A stretch of 55,581 nucleotides of DNA from a virus. Taxonomy: Duplodnaviria > Caudoviricetes. The stretch spans positions 1-55,581 of IMG/VR virus record IMGVR_UViG_3300045242_000134. One strand, given 5' to 3'. Each line of letters starts with the position of its first letter. The first letter of the stretch is position 1. Below the pieces are notes generated by a model. The model made no database searches, was not told the DNA's origin, and saw only the letters and a list, made by a program, of their open reading frames with translations. The position numbers were made by a program, and so were the translations under genes. Below, piece after piece: positions 46,717 to 55,581 of the stretch.

Positions 46717-47384
46717 TACGGTGGACTCGTGAGGCGGTCGCCCACAATAATGTTGTGCTGCGTTCCTTGATGAAATCCACCAGCCATGCTGTCACAGTTA
46801 TGAAGTGGCAGCACGCAATCCCAACCAACGATATAGGCAGGCAAGCCTTTTGAAATTGCGAATTGAGTTATGGAGTTTTCAGAATGCTCCCATGGATACC
46901 TCTGGCTGTTATCGGTCACTTTGAATGGATGTTCATTTAACAGTTTAGGATTACACCAGAAGCCCGTTGTGCGTACATGCGGCCACACGTTTACGCGAAT
47001 ATCGCCCTGATTTCCAGAACAACCGTAGAGTCCATCGCCGTAGCAATTGTAAGCGCCCATCATTCGGCGCAACCATCCTGGACGGCGGAAGTAGCTGCTG
47101 CCTCCAAAGAACACCATTAGGTCACACGGGATACGTAGAGCGGCAAACTGATAAGCGCCAATGTCCATGCCCACGTTGTCACGACTCAAGAACATCGCGC
47201 CACCAATACTTGAGAACTGTTCGATAGCTCTCGCGTCAGGCTTTCCGCCGTTGCTCACCACAATCATTTGGTGGTCTTTGTGTGGTGGATTGTTGCGGTA
47301 GCTGGTCACAAAGTGTTCGGCGTAATCCGCGTGCTGTGGTCCGAAGTTAGCGGTTGGATAGTTGTAACAACAAACAATCTTCAC
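46701..47384 (-). CDS. Glycosyltransferase-like (RgpF/GT-A-like) protein
   Basis: R.NVG.DIGAY...HVRTTGF...E motif; cluster context. Confidence 0.55.
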   Translation of the reverse strand: MKIVCCYNYPTANFGPQHADYAEHFVTSYRNNPPHKDHQMIVVSNGGKPDARAIEQFSSIGGAMFLSRDNVGMDIGAYQFAALRIPCDLMVFFGGSSYFRRPGWLRRMMGAYNCYGDGLYGCSGNQGDIRVNVWPHVRTTGFWCNPKLLNEHPFKVTDNSQRYPWEHSENSITQFAISKGLPAYIVGWDCVLPLHNCDSMAGGFHQGTQHNIIVGDRLTSPPYWPSP

Positions 47385-47482
47385 TCCTCACCATCCCACC
47401 AGTTGAGAAAACAAGCCAAGGCCAGCCACGCAATTAGCACGATCTGTTTGAACAGCCCACGTTCTTCGTATTCGTCGCTCAT
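47381..47482 (-). CDS. 33-aa single-TM peptide
   Basis: MSDEYEERGLFKQIVLIAWLALACFLNWWDGEE; overlap-coupled on both sides. Confidence 0.45.
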   Translation of the reverse strand: MSDEYEERGLFKQIVLIAWLALACFLNWWDGEE

Positions 47483-47694
47483 CGTCTCACCCCAATCTTC
47501 GCAAGTATCTGCCTGCCAATTTGAGAGTTAATGTAAACCTCCTTGAGATTTTTCATCTTGCAAAATATCTGAGCGGAAGCGAACAAGTTGAATGAGGCTA
47601 TGTCTCCGTTTTCCCAATAGACTCGACCATCCAATGTAAACAGCAGATAGCGTTCAAATACCCGATCCCAAAGAATGATGACGGGAGTGATCAC
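47479..47694 (-). CDS. Hypothetical protein
   Basis: Coupled ORF. Confidence 0.45.
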   Translation of the reverse strand: MITPVIILWDRVFERYLLFTLDGRVYWENGDIASFNLFASAQIFCKMKNLKEVYINSQIGRQILAKIGVRR

Positions 47695-49049
47695 GCCAAC
47701 ATCTCCTCTGACAGTTTGTAATACGCTCCCGGTCGTTCAATTCTCGTGTTGGGATTTTTCGTCCACTCCTCGACCACCACTTTCTTGTGCAGTCCGTGGG
47801 CAATCGCCAGTGGTAGGCTTTGATTCATCACGCATAGCTTCGCACCTGCAATCACTCTCGCCAACTCCAAAGCGTCTTTAGTAGGTCGATAATCAAACTT
47901 GCATTGAGGGGCAAATCCGCAGAACGCTTCATATTCTTGAGGCGTGCCCACAAACGTCATTTGCCGGTGAAATTTCTCAATGAACCGCGTCCAGTTGAAG
48001 TCAAGATTCTGATAGCGGGCCGTTCGATTCACTATGATGGGCTTGTCTGGAATTACAACTGGTTCTGGTACGGCCAACCATGGGACAGATGGCATGGGCA
48101 ACGAGAAAGCGTCCATGTGCAGCTTTAGTATAGAATCGAAATCGCGTGCGGTTCGATTTCGCCACGGAATGCGAAATCGGTTCAGGTCGTGTGTCGTTGA
48201 TGCCGGATGCCCGTGCGTGTAACGACATTTCAAAATGTAAGGCTGCGCTTCGACCAACGGCGCGAGGTTATCCACCCAATCAGCTTCGCCGCCCATCCTG
48301 GCCCAACGGCTGTTGAGCGGATACGGATAACGATTGTGCGGCGTGAGAAACATCATACCGCCGCCAAGAGCCTTGACCGCTGCGAGGCTATAAATCAGAT
48401 CGCCAGCATCGCCAGAGTGAGTGAATATGTTGCAGACGCGATGTTCGGCGGGAAGTGGTGTGAGAAGGCTATGGAAACCAAATTGGTTGTGCCAGTGGCT
48501 ATTGGTTCCGCCCCATTCTTTTCCATTCCAAGAACGCCCCTCAAAAGCAAATCGTTTTGCAATTTCCGGTGGAGCAAATCTAAATCCAGCCTTCTCGATT
48601 TCATCGCGGTGCCGAACGCAGATGCACGAGTCCTCTGGGTGGAAGTCATCCCACGGTTGTTTTGAAATCCATTCCATCAGCTTTTTGCTTCGGAGCGAAA
48701 AACCACCGTTCCCTATGATGCCACTCGGATTAAACGGAGCGCCAATGTAATCATACTTCAAAAAATCATCAGCCCACGCCTGCCCGTTCAAAACAAAACC
48801 ATCGTATTGGCAAATTAGCGCGTGAGTGGTATCCACATACTTGTGCATTTCACGGATGCAGAATTTGGAGTAATCATCAAGACCCGAAATGAGCGGTAAA
48901 ACTTTGCTATGGAACCATCGACTATTCAAAAACTTCACGTCTCCAAAGTCACACTGGTCCATGGACTTCTTCATTGCCATTTCAGACCAATGGGCTTTAT
49001 CCGTGCAATCCGCGCACAACAAAGTGACTTGTGGAAGCTTGGGCTTCAC
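47691..49049 (-). CDS. Two-domain glycosyltransferase: DUF5672-like + GT9 (heptosyltransferase)-like
   Basis: QYDGFV...YDYIGAP..GNGGFSLRS..PED..FGFH; HSGDAGDLIY...LELARVIAGAK....NQS.PLAIAHGL. Confidence 0.8.
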   Translation of the reverse strand: MKPKLPQVTLLCADCTDKAHWSEMAMKKSMDQCDFGDVKFLNSRWFHSKVLPLISGLDDYSKFCIREMHKYVDTTHALICQYDGFVLNGQAWADDFLKYDYIGAPFNPSGIIGNGGFSLRSKKLMEWISKQPWDDFHPEDSCICVRHRDEIEKAGFRFAPPEIAKRFAFEGRSWNGKEWGGTNSHWHNQFGFHSLLTPLPAEHRVCNIFTHSGDAGDLIYSLAAVKALGGGMMFLTPHNRYPYPLNSRWARMGGEADWVDNLAPLVEAQPYILKCRYTHGHPASTTHDLNRFRIPWRNRTARDFDSILKLHMDAFSLPMPSVPWLAVPEPVVIPDKPIIVNRTARYQNLDFNWTRFIEKFHRQMTFVGTPQEYEAFCGFAPQCKFDYRPTKDALELARVIAGAKLCVMNQSLPLAIAHGLHKKVVVEEWTKNPNTRIERPGAYYKLSEEMLA

Positions 49050-49429
49050 TTAATCGCCACCCCATGATACTCACCCATCACCTCACTAGACGTCCCCGTC
49101 CTAAACGCCGCGAGAATCTCACCAAGCCTTGGCAGCGTGGCGTTGATTGCACGATGATAACACGCAGCAGTTTTGTCAGCGCGTTCTTTGGCTTCTGCCG
49201 CTGACAACTCCACAGACTTAAGATTGTTTTCAAGGCGTGAACGTTGGCTTTCATCCTTGAGCGTCATTAACTCAAAACCAATTTCTTCGACTCTCGCAAA
49301 CTTGGTCTTCGCCACCTCCGCAAGCTGCTGCGACTTCTTGAGCTTCCGTTCAGCCATGCGCTTCGTGCGGTCGATGGCGGCGATTATCTCGTCCTCAGTT
49401 TTCCAAATCTTTGGGCGTCGGGAGTGCAT
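49046..49429 (-). CDS. Hypothetical coiled-coil protein
   Basis: Helical, basic; coupled ORF. Confidence 0.55.
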   Translation of the reverse strand: MHSRRPKIWKTEDEIIAAIDRTKRMAERKLKKSQQLAEVAKTKFARVEEIGFELMTLKDESQRSRLENNLKSVELSAAEAKERADKTAACYHRAINATLPRLGEILAAFRTGTSSEVMGEYHGVAIK

Positions 49430-50114
49430 TTGATTCCTTTCTTATCCAGCAGGCGGCGTCCAACTGCGCCTTAATATCGTCACTCATGTGCTTGACGATG
49501 AACGCGAGCGGAAACCACTGCTTCAAAACAAGTGGGCACATGCAAGCTGAGCAAACATGGAGTTTGCCATCCTGACTCGTCTTTAATCCTCTCCCTTCCT
49601 TGGCCTCGATTTGCTTCCTGATTCGTTCAGCGGCAGGGATGGTGAAGAACCTGCTCAAATCACCCTTCTCATTCAACGGACACGCCACGCACACCGCAGC
49701 GCGTGATTCGGCCACCTCTTGCGAGACTGGAGATTCACCACTGTCCATGAAATCGTTGATTGTGGCGGCTCCGACACTAATTGCTTTTACCGCAGCAAGC
49801 ACTGGCGAGCTTCGTGTCGGAGCCTGATGAAAAGACGCGGGAACATCCGTACTCACGACGTAAATATCTCCACCCGGCATGGCCGCAACTCGTTCGGCAT
49901 TCTTGGCGTCCACTTCGTTCTGAATCGCCGTCATGTCGGTGCTCAGTTTGTATTTTGGATTGGACATGCGGTGTTTCTGCAACTCATTGCACAATAACTG
50001 AAAATCCCATTGTGACGATGGGCAGACCTTGAAATTCTCCCACCCTGTCAACGCCTGCCGATACAAGAAGCCATTCGGCGGCGACTGTGTTCTGCTTTTC
50101 AAACGATAAGGCAT
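49395..50114 (-). CDS. Cys-rich (Zn-binding) head-module protein
   Basis: R.AVC.ACPLN...C.AC.CPL..K....CW. Confidence 0.65.
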   Translation of the reverse strand: MPYRLKSRTQSPPNGFLYRQALTGWENFKVCPSSQWDFQLLCNELQKHRMSNPKYKLSTDMTAIQNEVDAKNAERVAAMPGGDIYVVSTDVPASFHQAPTRSSPVLAAVKAISVGAATINDFMDSGESPVSQEVAESRAAVCVACPLNEKGDLSRFFTIPAAERIRKQIEAKEGRGLKTSQDGKLHVCSACMCPLVLKQWFPLAFIVKHMSDDIKAQLDAACWIRKESNALPTPKDLEN

Positions 50115-50154
50115 GACGGTGGTTTACACCTGACTGAAAATAATTGCAAGAACA

Positions 50155-50180
50155 ATTTGACAACTTTGTGTAATTTGTGC
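50155..50180 (+). promoter_or_regulatory. Promoter/operator repeated at 18307-18332
   Basis: ATTTGACAACTTTGTGTAATTTGTGC immediately upstream of an RHH gene. Confidence 0.6.
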
Positions 50181-50193
50181 TAAAGATGCACCC

Positions 50194-50334
50194 ATGGCCA
50201 AAGCTAATAAACCAATTCGAATCGACATACCCGCCGAAATCCACAGGAAAATTAAAGTTCAAGCTGCTGCCACTGGAAAGACCATGCAGCAGATAATTGT
50301 GGAAATTCTGGCGGCGAGGGTGGAGCGAGAATGA
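50194..50334 (+). CDS. Ribbon-helix-helix regulator, 46 aa
   Basis: Manual translation: MAKANKPIRIDIPAEIHRKIKVQAAATGKTMQQIIVEILAARVERE. Confidence 0.8.
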   Translation: MAKANKPIRIDIPAEIHRKIKVQAAATGKTMQQIIVEILAARVERE

Positions 50335-50537
50335 GCGACTCCACCTCCACAATCAGGTTGTGGTTTGTAAGCGACACCGACAAGGCTCGCCTCTATAGCC
50401 GTGTTCCTGCTGAGCGCAACCCGCAGCGTGAAGACATGCTTTGGATACCACTATCGGTCATTGAACACACGACGAAACGGCAGAATGAACACCACATCAC
50501 GCTTGCAAATTGGTTTGTTCAGGCAAGGGGATTATGA
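50331..50537 (+). CDS. Hypothetical protein
   Basis: TDKA.L...WIP.S.I...WF...GL pattern. Confidence 0.6.
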   Translation: MSDSTSTIRLWFVSDTDKARLYSRVPAERNPQREDMLWIPLSVIEHTTKRQNEHHITLANWFVQARGL

Positions 50538-50731
50538 AAACAAGTTACTTCACCTTTGGACAGGTTCACGTTCATTCAGTCAATGGCCGCACTTTCGACA
50601 AGGACACGATTGTGAAAATCACTGCCGCAGATCCGCGTAAGGTTATGGTGGCTCACTTTGGTGTAAGATGGTCCATGGAATATGACGAGCAACCCAATAT
50701 GCTTTTCTTTAAGGAGATGGTTGAATTATGA
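50534..50731 (+). CDS. Hypothetical protein
   Basis: YFTFGQ.H...R..M..HFG.RWS..Y family pattern. Confidence 0.6.
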   Translation: MKTSYFTFGQVHVHSVNGRTFDKDTIVKITAADPRKVMVAHFGVRWSMEYDEQPNMLFFKEMVEL

Positions 50732-50907
50732 CAGACGAAGAAACAATACTAATTATCAAGGGCGCAATATCTGAACTGCCTCCTGAGTTGAAAAAGGCGA
50801 CTTTGGAACTTGCAGAATTTATTCGCATGAATGTCAAAAAGGCAGGTTCTCCAGTTGGACCTATGGCGCTGGCGCTTGTTGGCGCTGAAATGCAAAAGGA
50901 GACATGA
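50728..50907 (+). CDS. Hypothetical protein, 59 aa
   Basis: Manual translation MTDEETILIIKGAISELP...ALALVGAEMQ; ATGA overlaps. Confidence 0.55.
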   Translation: MTDEETILIIKGAISELPPELKKATLELAEFIRMNVKKAGSPVGPMALALVGAEMQKET

Positions 50908-51092
50908 AAATCAAATTCGAACCCCGTGACATTTGGATCGGACTTTATTGGACCAAGTGTCGCGCAACTACGCTCGACACGGATACCGAGACTTACACGT
51001 TCTACGTCTGCGTCGTGCCGTGCTTTCCAATTATTTGGACCGTGACGCAAAACATCCCCGCTTCCCAACGCAGCAAAAACTGGATGATATGA
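50904..51092 (+). CDS. Hypothetical protein
   Basis: RDIWIGLYW...YVC.VPCF motif. Confidence 0.55.
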   Translation: MKIKFEPRDIWIGLYWTKCRATTLDTDTETYTFYVCVVPCFPIIWTVTQNIPASQRSKNWMI

Positions 51093-51535
51093 AACAGACC
51101 TACACCTGCCCCGAATGCCAAGACGATATTGAATGCGACGAGAACGCGAAGGCTTGCACCTGCCCATCGTGCAAAACCGAGTATCGAATTGACCACGATG
51201 CGGAACAAATCGAGGGCGTTTGGAAGGATCGCACGACACTTACGCCAGTGAATAAATGCACAGAATGCGGCACTGAAATACCGAACGACATTTGGAAAGA
51301 CCCAATGGTTCGCGAAGCACTTAAAGATGGACGCAGTGCCGACGGTATTATGGTTATCGCCTGCCCGAAATGTAACCGATATGGTTACTACAACGAAGGG
51401 TCACATTTTTCCTGCCGGTTTTGTAACGAAACTTTTCACATTACCGATTCGGATGAATTTGAACCAGTTACTTTGGCTGACACAATTACTGAAACAACTG
51501 AAGGCTACCACAACGAGACTATGCCGCATAATTAA
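51089..51535 (+). CDS. Multi-Zn-ribbon protein
   Basis: Five CxxC motifs; likely start MKQTYTC. Confidence 0.6.
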   Translation: MKQTYTCPECQDDIECDENAKACTCPSCKTEYRIDHDAEQIEGVWKDRTTLTPVNKCTECGTEIPNDIWKDPMVREALKDGRSADGIMVIACPKCNRYGYYNEGSHFSCRFCNETFHITDSDEFEPVTLADTITETTEGYHNETMPHN

Positions 51536-53312
51536 GTTCGTGCGATTCCCTCAACTTCCTCGACTTCGAAATCAGGTCAGTAATCCATTCGTGGTTTGAA
51601 CTGTCTTCTTCAAGGTTCACCATCTTCTTGATTTGGAAACCTCGGCGTCGTGCGCCTTCAAGAACTATCGCCGCCCAATCGTAAAGGTCTGGTGATTGGC
51701 CTGTGCGTTCCTTCATCTTCATCTTCGGCTCAATCTCAATCTTGTTACCAGCAACCTCACTCCACTCGCGCATACAACCGTCGTCAATCACCTCCTCGAT
51801 TAGCCCGCGCACTTGACCGGCGACAATCGCATAGCGCGTTGACCACCACAGTTCGGATACGAATTTCGAGTAGTGTTCTTTGCACGTCTTAAGTCGCCGC
51901 TGACCATTTCGGTCCATGATGTAATGGTCCATGGTCACGGGTCGATCACTTGGGCTTCCTCCAAATTCAACAGGGTTGATGTTCGCACTCCATATGCGGG
52001 CAAGTGATGGACCGAGACTGCCGCGCCCAGTTGAATCGTAAAACATATTCTCTGGCGGGATGCCATTGCTTTGGCAAAAGTTTCTCACCCACTCTGCAAT
52101 CTGGTCTTCGGGAAGCTTCGGGATGTTCACCACGATTGGAACGATGACCGGCTTCCAGTATTTCAAAATCGTAGCACCTTGAACATCTCGACCAAACTCA
52201 CCGTAGCCACCCACGCAGCGATCACCGCCCGCGCCACCGTAAGCGGCGTCCAATCCGAATATCTTGACGCGTGGACTACCATCCCAAATCACATCTTCCA
52301 GCGCCTTGTTTTGCTTGCACAGTTGAAAGCTGATAACGCGCTTGGCATTAAGACCCGATTTGCGAACACCCAACGCTTGCGAATAATACTGGTGAGAATC
52401 TTTGCCGTAACCGGCGATGACGCGCTCGATTGAATCCTGGTTGAGCATTCCACTGAATTTGTCCTTCGTCTCTTTGTCGAAGTTCGGGCTATCAGGACCG
52501 TAGAGACAAATCGTGCGACTATTGAGGAACCGGCGATTCTTCCAAACCGTTGTCTTGGTTGGCTCAGGCATTGATTCCCAACCGCACTCAGGTTCAGCGA
52601 GTTTATCCAGCGGATCGTTCTGGCCAATTGGGTTGCCGTCAAAGATGCCCTTGTAATCACCGCTGTTCATGTTGCCGATAGACTCAAGCATACCCGGCCC
52701 CATGAACTGCATTTCATTTCCCAAATGGCGACGACGCTTTTGTTTGATGCCCACGTAGGGTGCAATCGACTGAAACTCGCCAGTAGAAGTTTTGCACGCA
52801 ACACAGATGAGTCCTTTGCGCATATCGCGCACATCGCTCTCGTCTTCCAAGTCATCGGTCGAAATCGCTTTCTTGCTGTCGAGGACGTTGCCAGATAGCC
52901 ATGGATGTTTTAACCGAGCAGAACGAAACAGCATCTTAATGTCACCCCACACGCGAGTTTCGATGGCCACCAAAGTCGTTGAAGAAATCAGGATGAGTGT
53001 TGTTTCTGGGAACGCCCAATAATCGACCAATGCGAATTTGGAAATTGTGCGCGTCTTGCCACAGTCCTTTGGTCCGGTAACAACCGTGATGGTGTTGTTG
53101 ATTATTTCGGAGAGTATAAGGTCCGTCCATCGGTTTAAATACTCATCGGGCCAAAGGAGTTTAGTTGCTTCTCGGTAGTGGTGAAATAGCCCAAGCCCAA
53201 CCTCTTTTCCCCCGCTGATGTATTTGCCTCCCTGCTGAATTATGTGAAATTCTATTTTAAGCGCGTCTGCGTCATCAGGCCATTCAGCGTTATATCGCTC
53301 AAACATCTGCAT
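51519..53312 (-). CDS. terL: Terminase large subunit
   Basis: Walker A GPKDCGKT; GNP coupling motif; nuclease motifs GLDAAYGG..GD..V, YDSTG.G, SPD.YD. Confidence 0.85.
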   Translation of the reverse strand: MQMFERYNAEWPDDADALKIEFHIIQQGGKYISGGKEVGLGLFHHYREATKLLWPDEYLNRWTDLILSEIINNTITVVTGPKDCGKTRTISKFALVDYWAFPETTLILISSTTLVAIETRVWGDIKMLFRSARLKHPWLSGNVLDSKKAISTDDLEDESDVRDMRKGLICVACKTSTGEFQSIAPYVGIKQKRRRHLGNEMQFMGPGMLESIGNMNSGDYKGIFDGNPIGQNDPLDKLAEPECGWESMPEPTKTTVWKNRRFLNSRTICLYGPDSPNFDKETKDKFSGMLNQDSIERVIAGYGKDSHQYYSQALGVRKSGLNAKRVISFQLCKQNKALEDVIWDGSPRVKIFGLDAAYGGAGGDRCVGGYGEFGRDVQGATILKYWKPVIVPIVVNIPKLPEDQIAEWVRNFCQSNGIPPENMFYDSTGRGSLGPSLARIWSANINPVEFGGSPSDRPVTMDHYIMDRNGQRRLKTCKEHYSKFVSELWWSTRYAIVAGQVRGLIEEVIDDGCMREWSEVAGNKIEIEPKMKMKERTGQSPDLYDWAAIVLEGARRRGFQIKKMVNLEEDSSNHEWITDLISKSRKLRESHELNYAA

Positions 53313-53347
53313 TGACTTTACCTGTTGACCGATTAAGAGTCGAGAAT

Positions 53348-54220
53348 ATGAGTCCTGCTGATTGCTGCTCTCCCTGTGATAGTCAAGTTGCACCAGTCAA
53401 CATTGTGGGGTCACAGGGGCCAGCGGGAGCGGCGGGAACCAATGGCACGAATGGAGTCAGCGCGTTTACCACAACCACTGCACAGTTTACCTCTCCGGCA
53501 GATCTTACAACAGCCTTCACTGTCTCAGTCGCCAACTCAACGTGGTGTGTTGTTGGCCAAGACCTCATAATTGGGCAAGGTCCAGGTGTGGCACTCGCAA
53601 ATCCCGGCCCGTGCGCGGTCGTCATTACAGCCATTCCTTCACCGAATGCAATTACGGTAAAGAATCTCCGCGTGGTTGATGAGAACGTTACGGTAAGTGC
53701 TGGAGCGTTGGTGTCAGTCAGCGGATTCCTACCAGCGGTGCCGGTGTTGATTTCGCAGGGTGGAACTTCGTCAACTACAAAGGCAGCGGCACAGACTGCG
53801 TTGGGGTTGGGGCAGAATTCAATCATCTCAAGCGGCGCGGCGCTGGCGCAGGCAATTACAGCAGCAAGCCTTCAAGTAGGAGCGATTGACGTGACTCTGC
53901 CTGCTTTGGGTTCTTATGAACTGCGAGGACAAGTTGGGATTGATTTCAACGGAGTCACCTTTGCGGCCAGTCGAACAATCACTGTTAAGATTCGCAATAT
54001 CACTCAAGCCAGCGATCTTGTGAGTGGTGTTTTGCACACGCAGGCGGTTACAACCCTTAGTTTCCCAACTCACTTTCTCCAACTCCCCCCACTTCGATAT
54101 GATACGGCTGGAGTGAATGATCACCTCCAGCTATTTTGCACCATTGACGTGATAAATTCAGCAGGCACGTTGAGTTTGGATTCTGGATCCTTGGAAGCAA
54201 TACCGCTTAGACAGAGTTAG
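53348..54220 (+). CDS. Tail fibre/spike-like protein with a short collagen-like stretch
   Basis: MSPADCCSPC...GSQGPAGAAGTNGTNG; I.QGGT..T...A...LGL fibre motif. Confidence 0.65.
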   Translation: MSPADCCSPCDSQVAPVNIVGSQGPAGAAGTNGTNGVSAFTTTTAQFTSPADLTTAFTVSVANSTWCVVGQDLIIGQGPGVALANPGPCAVVITAIPSPNAITVKNLRVVDENVTVSAGALVSVSGFLPAVPVLISQGGTSSTTKAAAQTALGLGQNSIISSGAALAQAITAASLQVGAIDVTLPALGSYELRGQVGIDFNGVTFAASRTITVKIRNITQASDLVSGVLHTQAVTTLSFPTHFLQLPPLRYDTAGVNDHLQLFCTIDVINSAGTLSLDSGSLEAIPLRQS

Positions 54221-54656
54221 GTTTCTTTGGGCGTATCGGAGTTAGAAAAGTATCTTCGGGACTCCATCCTAACTTCAAACGATGGTTAGCTTGAAATCTT
54301 GTAATTCCGAAATGACGCGCTAAGTGAGCCATGGTTCCAGTGATTCCACGCACTGTTAATATCACATTTCTACGAGTGTTTGAGTGCTGCTCAATTAGTG
54401 TTGACCACTTACAATTGGAAGGCTCGTAGTTTCCATTATTGTCTTTCCGATCAAGAGTGCATCCCTCCGGTCGAAGCCCCATATCTGCTCGAAAGTTTTT
54501 GAAAATCAACCACCGTTCACAAACAGTAATCCCACGCCCTCCGTAATTGGGATAGTTTTCATGCTTCTCCCAAAAGCACCTATTCATCATTGATTTCCAA
54601 GAATTATATTCTGGAGTTGTTTTAGGCTTGGTTGTAGGAGAGACTGAATCAGACAT
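54207..54656 (-). CDS. HNH-like homing endonuclease (paralog of 29513..29989)
   Basis: YNSW.SM..RC...YPNYGGRGITVCERW..F.NF.ADMG.RP.G.TLDR.DNNGNYEP.NCKW. Confidence 0.85.
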   Translation of the reverse strand: MSDSVSPTTKPKTTPEYNSWKSMMNRCFWEKHENYPNYGGRGITVCERWLIFKNFRADMGLRPEGCTLDRKDNNGNYEPSNCKWSTLIEQHSNTRRNVILTVRGITGTMAHLARHFGITRFQANHRLKLGWSPEDTFLTPIRPKKPNSV

Positions 54657-54681
54657 GACATTATCCCTTTCGATTTCTAAT

Positions 54682-54720
54682 GTTGTGTTTAACGGCGGGC
54701 GACAGCAACAACTGGCGCTC
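54682..54720 (-). promoter_or_regulatory. Conserved pseudoknot-like leader of HNH gene (copy 2)
   Basis: GAGCGCCAGTTGTTGCTGTCGCCCGCCGTTAAACACAAC, homologous to 29461-29500. Confidence 0.6.
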
Positions 54721-54764
54721 GCTGTGTCTTTTGTATCTCAATCAGAATTTGGAGGCAAGAGCTA

Positions 54765-55581
54765 ATGCCTAACCCGCAGTCATCTCAATTCACCCAAACA
54801 ACGGTCTATGATTCGCTGTTCGGGTTCGAGAATGGAATGGACGCGGGCGTTTCACCGCTGCTCCTTCCAAAGAATCAACTCGCCTTTGGCTCCAATCTCA
54901 CGAACAGAGGGGATTTAGTTCACCCTCGACCGCCGCGTCGGATACTCACTCTCAATTTTGGAGGGAACACCGCGCTTCAAACTGCTGTCACCAAAGGACT
55001 ATGGCAGGGACGCACGTACTACAAACCTGATATTGGCCTTGAAACGCTCGTAGCTTCGATTGCAGGCCGTCTCTACCAATTCACCCCCATCGGAACAGTG
55101 GCGACGGTCATGGACATTACTGGAGGCAATCCACAAAGCGCCACAGCCCTTATATGCTGGTTGATCCAAGCTGAGAACTTCGTGCTGTGGAACGATGGCA
55201 TTAACCTGCCAGTGTTTTTCAACGGCACGACGACTGCGCGGAGTAATGGCACGCCTGCACCTGCTCCTACGTTCACAATTTCCACGGCGTTTGTGATTCC
55301 GACTGGCTACAATATCAATGCCGTTCCCGCACCTCCACCTCCCGTAATCACAATCCAACTGAATTCAAATTTCACAGGGTTAAACGGAGCTCCTTTCGTG
55401 ATTAACGGAGGCACTACTTTTCCAATTTCAGGAACAGTGATAAGTGGCCAAGGAACGCCCACCATCACAGTAACCGTAAACATCGTAGGCACCGATCCGC
55501 CGGTAGCTATTCCCGTTCAAGCAGGTTCGATATTAACCTCGCCACCGACAACTGCCGTTAGACAATTTCCAGTTGGCCGGA
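54765..55581 (+). CDS. Tail stabilisation/nozzle-like protein, 5' part (continues into 1..1419)
   Basis: GGAGG RBS; MPNPQSSQFTQ...GMDAGVSPLLLPKNQ...; no stop to the window end; in frame with base 1. Confidence 0.8.
   Translation, partial: MPNPQSSQFTQTTVYDSLFGFENGMDAGVSPLLLPKNQLAFGSNLTNRGDLVHPRPPRRILTLNFGGNTALQTAVTKGLWQGRTYYKPDIGLETLVASIAGRLYQFTPIGTVATVMDITGGNPQSATALICWLIQAENFVLWNDGINLPVFFNGTTTARSNGTPAPAPTFTISTAFVIPTGYNINAVPAPPPPVITIQLNSNFTGLNGAPFVINGGTTFPISGTVISGQGTPTITVTVNIVGTDPPVAIPVQAGSILTSPPTTAVRQFPVGR
55455..55581. repeat. Terminal direct repeat (copy 2)
   Basis: Identical to 1-127. Confidence 0.95.

Noticed and set aside
55455-55581. Biological direct terminal repeat
   Set aside because: It is exactly 127 nt and lies inside an uninterrupted gene, so assembler overlap on a circular contig is the better explanation.
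1-55581. CRISPR array, integrase, reverse transcriptase/DGR, alternative genetic code
   Set aside because: I saw no spaced repeats, recombinase or RT motifs by eye, and long genes are intact under the standard code.

Overview
Apparently complete circular or circularly permuted dsDNA tailed-phage genome of about 55,454 bp. Bases 1-127 are identical to 55455-55581, and one tail gene reads through that join. The layout is podovirus-like, with morphogenesis split into two divergent arms. The minus arm runs terminase large subunit, glycan-modification cluster, portal, ATP-grasp ligase, scaffold, GroES, major capsid, Cys-anchored decoration/fibre proteins, then lysis-like genes. The plus arm runs fibre, tail stabilisation protein, adaptor, then ejection proteins. 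There is also an SF2 helicase/primase module, a RecT plus exonuclease pair, small early genes and about six free-standing HNH genes. I recognised no integrase, DNA/RNA polymerase, endolysin, canonical tRNA or CRISPR array. Two genes carry a C-terminal motif typical of Verrucomicrobiota secreted proteins, which suggests the host (inference). The most unusual content is non-coding. It includes a tandem pair of tRNA-like RNAs with remodelled anticodon arms just upstream of the capsid gene, a roughly 520-nt highly structured RNA candidate, and a conserved pseudoknot leader shared by two HNH genes. Notable coding content includes a glycosyl-/methyltransferase/radical-SAM cluster in the head operon and a shared Cys-rich anchor module on adjacent virion proteins. 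All calls come from motif recognition by eye, with no database searches.
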